In this document: piece by piece, positions 60,806-64,000 of the stretch | Numbering within the stretch: position 1 is the stretch's first letter | Layout: every line of letters begins with the position of its first letter | Source: a virus | Virus record (IMG/VR): IMGVR_UViG_3300013126_000012 | Span: 64,001 to 128,000 of that record | Direction: 5' to 3' (one strand) | DNA length: 64,000 nt | Notes under the pieces: model-generated | Told to the model about the DNA's origin: nothing | What the model saw: the letters and a program-made list of their open reading frames with translations, nothing else | The model's database searches: none | Translations under genes and position numbers: made by a program

Positions 60806-60970
60806 TTATTTTCGTATTTCCAATTGATGTCCATTGACAAGCTTTGATACACAACGGAAACAAGTAACAGCTGTTGCGTTTATATCTATTTTTTGACAAA
60901 TTTCATCACAATATTTGCATTGTAACTTTTTAAAGCCCCTTGGCGCAGGACTACTTTTTATTTTTTTCAT
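60806..60970 (-). CDS. Small zinc-finger protein
   Basis: CKYC and CFRC; start placed at ATG 60970. Confidence 0.65.
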   Translation of the reverse strand: MKKIKSSPAPRGFKKLQCKYCDEICQKIDINATAVTCFRCVSKLVNGHQLEIRK

Positions 60971-60980
60971 TTGTTTTAGA

Positions 60981-61172
60981 TTAACCGCGATCAATAAAAT
61001 AACGTGCCTCTTCTAATTTTTTAATTGCACGAGCTAAATTGTCTAAAGTTGAATTTTTATCAATCTTACCTTCGGAAATGGCTTTGCCTACATTTCTAAC
61101 AATTTCTTTTGCATCTTCTACATTGTCAATAACATTACTTTTGTATTTGTACTTTGGATCATAACTTGTCAT
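60981..61172 (-). CDS. Hypothetical protein
   Basis: 63 aa; late promoter at 61213-61221 and AAGG upstream. Confidence 0.65.
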   Translation of the reverse strand: MTSYDPKYKYKSNVIDNVEDAKEIVRNVGKAISEGKIDKNSTLDNLARAIKKLEEARYFIDRG

Positions 61173-61222
61173 AATTTAACCTTTTTTATTTATTATTAAT
61201 ATCATTATATAATATAAATATC

Positions 61223-62248
61223 TTATTCTAAAATTAATTGGGCGTTTTGACAACATTCAACATTCAACGCAATCAATGATTGTTCTTTAGCCTTAGCTTC
61301 AACCATAACATCAAGATCTGCAACACCATATGTAGCAGGAAGCCGCGTAATATAGTCGGCATGAGCCTGCTCCTTGATCTTGGTAAACTCCTTGTATTGT
61401 TTGTGAAATGTAGGCCATTTGGGCAAGTCGGCAATGTCAATGTTGTGATGTGCAAACATACGCTCAATAAGAATTTGTGCTTCGCGTCGACGAGACTCGC
61501 TGTAATGAGTACATTGTGTGACACCATGACGTTGCCATGTCTCACGCGCCATAAAAAATGCTTCTTGTTCGGATAAGTCACCAGTATTGAATGTGTGATG
61601 CCAATAGTCAAACGTAATAGGTATAGCAATTTCGGTATGCAACATGGAATACAATTCGCGCACGGAATACATGGAGGCCTTGTCATCATTCTCGATAACT
61701 AAACGTGCCTTGCAAGAATCTGAAAGACGATCATAGTTATGTAACCACCGTGCAATGGTGCCGGGCTTGTCATTGTAAGTAGCACCAACGTGAATATTGA
61801 TCTTGTTCTCAAAGCTAGGAGCAAAGCCCATCATATCAAAGAGCTCAGAATGCCGTTCAAGACCAGTGATGCTATTATCAACTACCGTAGCATCAGGACT
61901 ACCTAGGATATGAAATGGACCAGGATGCGTTGTGATGCGATGGCCATGCGCACGAGCAAAGTCACCAGCAGCACGTAGATGCTGCACAATAAGATCGATG
62001 TCAGGCAAATCTGCAAGCTCGTAATGATTCCAACGAGGAAAGAGCTCAGAGCCTAAACGAAACAAACGAATACCATGTGCTTCATTCCATTGCAGAATAG
62101 TTAACAAATCGCGGGCATTAGCAAGAGCAATGTCGGATGCTAATTGCAAACCGCCTAATTTAAATTTGCGATCAATCATGGCACGACCGGTACGAATACC
62201 TTGGGCGGATAACTCCATGTTGATACAGGCATAACCATAACGTATCAT
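61223..62248 (-). CDS. uvsE: UV damage endonuclease
   Basis: GYACIN, IRLFRLGSELFP, HPGPF, IHVG, IENDD, FDYWHH, HYSE, AHADY, MVEAKAKE. Confidence 0.93.
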   Translation of the reverse strand: MIRYGYACINMELSAQGIRTGRAMIDRKFKLGGLQLASDIALANARDLLTILQWNEAHGIRLFRLGSELFPRWNHYELADLPDIDLIVQHLRAAGDFARAHGHRITTHPGPFHILGSPDATVVDNSITGLERHSELFDMMGFAPSFENKINIHVGATYNDKPGTIARWLHNYDRLSDSCKARLVIENDDKASMYSVRELYSMLHTEIAIPITFDYWHHTFNTGDLSEQEAFFMARETWQRHGVTQCTHYSESRRREAQILIERMFAHHNIDIADLPKWPTFHKQYKEFTKIKEQAHADYITRLPATYGVADLDVMVEAKAKEQSLIALNVECCQNAQLILE

Positions 62249-62262
62249 ATATGTTTTATTTT

Positions 62263-62291
62263 ATATTATGTAAAATGTTTGAAAAATCCAA
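62263..62291 (-). promoter_or_regulatory. Sigma70-type promoter of uvsE
   Basis: TTGGAT-N17-TAATAT. Confidence 0.65.
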
Positions 62292-62400
62292 ATTACGTTA
62301 TTTTTTTTTGCATGATATTTATATGTAATAAAAAGGACGTAATGAAAAATATTTTATCAGAAAACATGTTGCGTTTCGGAACCAAAAACTTATCCGAAGC
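62283..62400 (+). repeat. Direct repeat copy 1 (promoter, RBS and leader cassette)
   Basis: Near-identical to 63483-63599: one T-tract indel and five synonymous changes in the coding part. Confidence 0.95.
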
Positions 62401-62923
62401 TGCACAACGGCAACTAGTTGTCAAATCAATCATGGAAACCATTAATCAGCATGGATTGCATAACGCCGTACGACGAAGGCTGATGGAACAGACCGTTAAC
62501 GAGAATGTAACAACGTACGTTGAAAACTACCGTAAGGCCGTTATAACAGCTTTTCCGAATACGTTTGCCAATGTGGCGGGGAAAAACGATGCCACCGGAT
62601 ACATACCGTTTCCCGGAAATAACCCTCAAGAATACATATATGTTTATACAAATGGAGCAGTAACATTGCCTAACGATGCACCAAAATTGAAGACCCAGCT
62701 ACAGAATGTGCACGATAAGGTTGTATTAAATGGCGTTAGCAATAACGATGCAAACTTAAAGAAATATATTGCTAATCTTACGCAAAACCAATACCCACCC
62801 GAAACTCCACAAGGAATAGCATTAAAATCATTTAATCAACCCAATATTATAGCTATGAACAAGGCATTTTTGGCTTATAAAACATTTTTGGACAGCCAAA
62901 ACCCGCCAGCAGCAAGCCAGTAA
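62342..62923 (+). CDS. Hypothetical protein with MKNILSENMLRFGTKNLSEA leader
   Basis: Start moved to ATG 62342, which follows ATATTTATA and AAAGGA. Confidence 0.8.
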   Translation: MKNILSENMLRFGTKNLSEAAQRQLVVKSIMETINQHGLHNAVRRRLMEQTVNENVTTYVENYRKAVITAFPNTFANVAGKNDATGYIPFPGNNPQEYIYVYTNGAVTLPNDAPKLKTQLQNVHDKVVLNGVSNNDANLKKYIANLTQNQYPPETPQGIALKSFNQPNIIAMNKAFLAYKTFLDSQNPPAASQ

Positions 62924-62978
62924 TCAACAGCTAAGATGGTAAAAAAGCCTTAATTTTTAAGTTTTAAAATATACATAG

Positions 62979-63006
62979 AAAAAGCTCTATAGCGGAGCTT
63001 TTTTTT
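62979..63006. terminator. Bidirectional terminator between convergent genes
   Basis: AAAAAGCTC-TATAGCG-GAGCTTTTTTTT. Confidence 0.8.
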
Positions 63007-63020
63007 GTGTTCAATAAATT

Positions 63021-63434
63021 TCAATATGTTTTAATAATATCAAAATCAATCCATTTCTGATATTTCACTAAATCATCAGTAAACCAATACCAAGTAACTG
63101 ATTGATGCCCTGTCATTTCAATCAATAAACCATTATCCCATGCATCTAATATTTTAACCTGGATCGTGTTGTTTATTTTTAATACAGAAATTGGTGATTC
63201 ATACGCGAGTTTGTTGTCTTTAAATTTTGTTAAATGATTGTTGTTTAAATCTAAAACATACAAATTATTAACTTTTCTAGGAGATTCTTCAATCATCCTC
63301 GGATTTGCAAAAACTTCAGAAACAGTTTGCGAAGAATCTCCATAAAATGATTGAACTTCATTGACTTGAATTTTTATTATTTGTGACTGAATGTTTGTAA
63401 CAAATAAAATAGCAATACACACTAAACGTTTCAT
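63021..63434 (-). CDS. Exported hypothetical protein
   Basis: Signal peptide MKRLVCIAILFVTNIQS followed by Gln. Confidence 0.7.
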   Translation of the reverse strand: MKRLVCIAILFVTNIQSQIIKIQVNEVQSFYGDSSQTVSEVFANPRMIEESPRKVNNLYVLDLNNNHLTKFKDNKLAYESPISVLKINNTIQVKILDAWDNGLLIEMTGHQSVTWYWFTDDLVKYQKWIDFDIIKTY

Positions 63435-63462
63435 AACTGGTTAACTTTTTAATTATATTACA

Positions 63463-63491
63463 ATAATATAAAATAAAAGATTAAAATCCAA
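63463..63491 (-). promoter_or_regulatory. Sigma70-type promoter
   Basis: TTGGAT-N17-TATTAT. Confidence 0.65.
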
Positions 63492-63599
63492 ATTACGTTA
63501 TTTTTTTTGCATGATATTTATATGTAATAAAAAGGACGTAATGAAAAATATTTTATCAGAAAACATGCTGCGGTTTGGAACCAAAAATTTATCTGAAGC
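63483..63599 (+). repeat. Direct repeat copy 2
   Basis: Matches 62283-62400. Confidence 0.95.
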
Positions 63600-64000
63600 A
63601 ACCATACGAAGATTAACTGAAGCTGAAGACCCAATTGATCCGGCAGCAATTGGCTTTCCGAATTGTCCTGCAAAAACTGTGAAAGACTTTGTTGATTGGT
63701 ATATAAAATATCTTACACCATCAACTGGTTGTGTTGGACAAACATTGCTTATCATGAAACCAGAATTTGGATCGTTCAACCTATATGAAAAAAATTTGGT
63801 TGCAAGTATTGTTGGAAAAGTAACAGTAGCATCTAGTTTTAATTTTTCATATCGATCAGGGAAAACCGATCCTCAAGGTACGACTAAGGATTCTTCCGTT
63901 TTCATATGGGATACTGCAGCAACTAGAAATTATGATTGGGCTAAACAAACAGTAAAAATTAGCGATACTGAAACATACCTCCCGGGTTTATACAATGTAC
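63541..64000 (+). CDS. Second protein with the MKNILSENMLRFGTKNLSEA leader (runs off the window)
   Basis: Not in the ORF track. Open frame MKNILSENMLRFGTKNLSEATIRRLTEAEDPIDPAAIGFPNC... to the window end. Confidence 0.8.
   Translation, partial: MKNILSENMLRFGTKNLSEATIRRLTEAEDPIDPAAIGFPNCPAKTVKDFVDWYIKYLTPSTGCVGQTLLIMKPEFGSFNLYEKNLVASIVGKVTVASSFNFSYRSGKTDPQGTTKDSSVFIWDTAATRNYDWAKQTVKISDTETYLPGLYNV

Larger units (their letters stand above)
7936..63522. promoter_or_regulatory. Dispersed late promoter motif ATATTTAT(A/T) on the coding strand (about 23 copies)
   Basis: Minus-strand copies, 9 bp each, at left coordinates 7936, 8956, 9552, 12108, 15430, 18762, 19738, 26200, 28077, 31930, 33979, 36711, 43610, 45765, 47771, 53880, 56771 and 61213; variants at 14389, 22674 and 59034; plus-strand copies at 62315 and 63514 before the plus-strand genes. 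Confidence 0.85.

Noticed and set aside
62279-62341. ORF-track start of the 214 aa gene
   Set aside because: This stretch is the promoter and RBS cassette; ATG 62342 matches the start of the second copy at 63541.
1109-63779. Many short ORFs in the track that are antisense to, or nested in, long genes (for example 13456-13890, 38466-38846, 49075-49482, 61273-61689, 63498-63779)
   Set aside because: They shadow well-supported genes, lack promoter or RBS signals and show no protein motifs.
1-64000. Stop codon reassignment
   Set aside because: Core genes are full length in the standard code, and TAA, TAG (sheath, neck) and TGA (ATGA overlaps) all end genes at sensible places.
1-64000. CRISPR array, tRNA genes, diversity-generating retroelement
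   Set aside because: I saw no spaced repeat array, cloverleaf or reverse transcriptase. The repeat copies at 62283 and 63483 differ at synonymous sites, not specifically at adenines.

Overview
This AT-rich window is the morphogenesis core of a large T4-like myophage. Every credible gene from 1 to 62248 lies on the minus strand. It encodes the full head module (terminase, portal, prohead protease, scaffold, major capsid), neck, sheath, tube, a probable tape measure, baseplate and fibre-like proteins. It also carries a compact family A DNA polymerase, a GIY-YIG endonuclease, a fused SbcD-SbcC (gp47-gp46) protein, primase, a T7 endonuclease I-like resolvase, a gp55-like sigma factor, PhoH, an HD hydrolase, UvsE and ribosomal protein bS21. 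A Bacteroidetes host is inferred from bS21 in the head cluster and from signal peptides followed by Gln. Two promoter classes are readable: about 23 copies of ATATTTAT(A/T) before structural genes, and six TTGG(A/T)T-N17-TAnnnT sites. The most notable hidden structure is: (1) a duplicated ~118 bp cassette joining a divergent promoter pair, an RBS and a 20-codon leader to unrelated payloads, part of a wider set of (I/L)xE-bearing proteins that may be capsid-packaged cargo; (2) a virion-wide [ST][GAS]S motif that may be a modification sequon; (3) a GC-rich structured RNA filling the 5' UTR of a fibre gene; (4) a probable +1/-2 frameshift in the tail chaperone; (5) a three-hairpin element upstream of primase. 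All calls come from reading motifs by eye; no searches were run.
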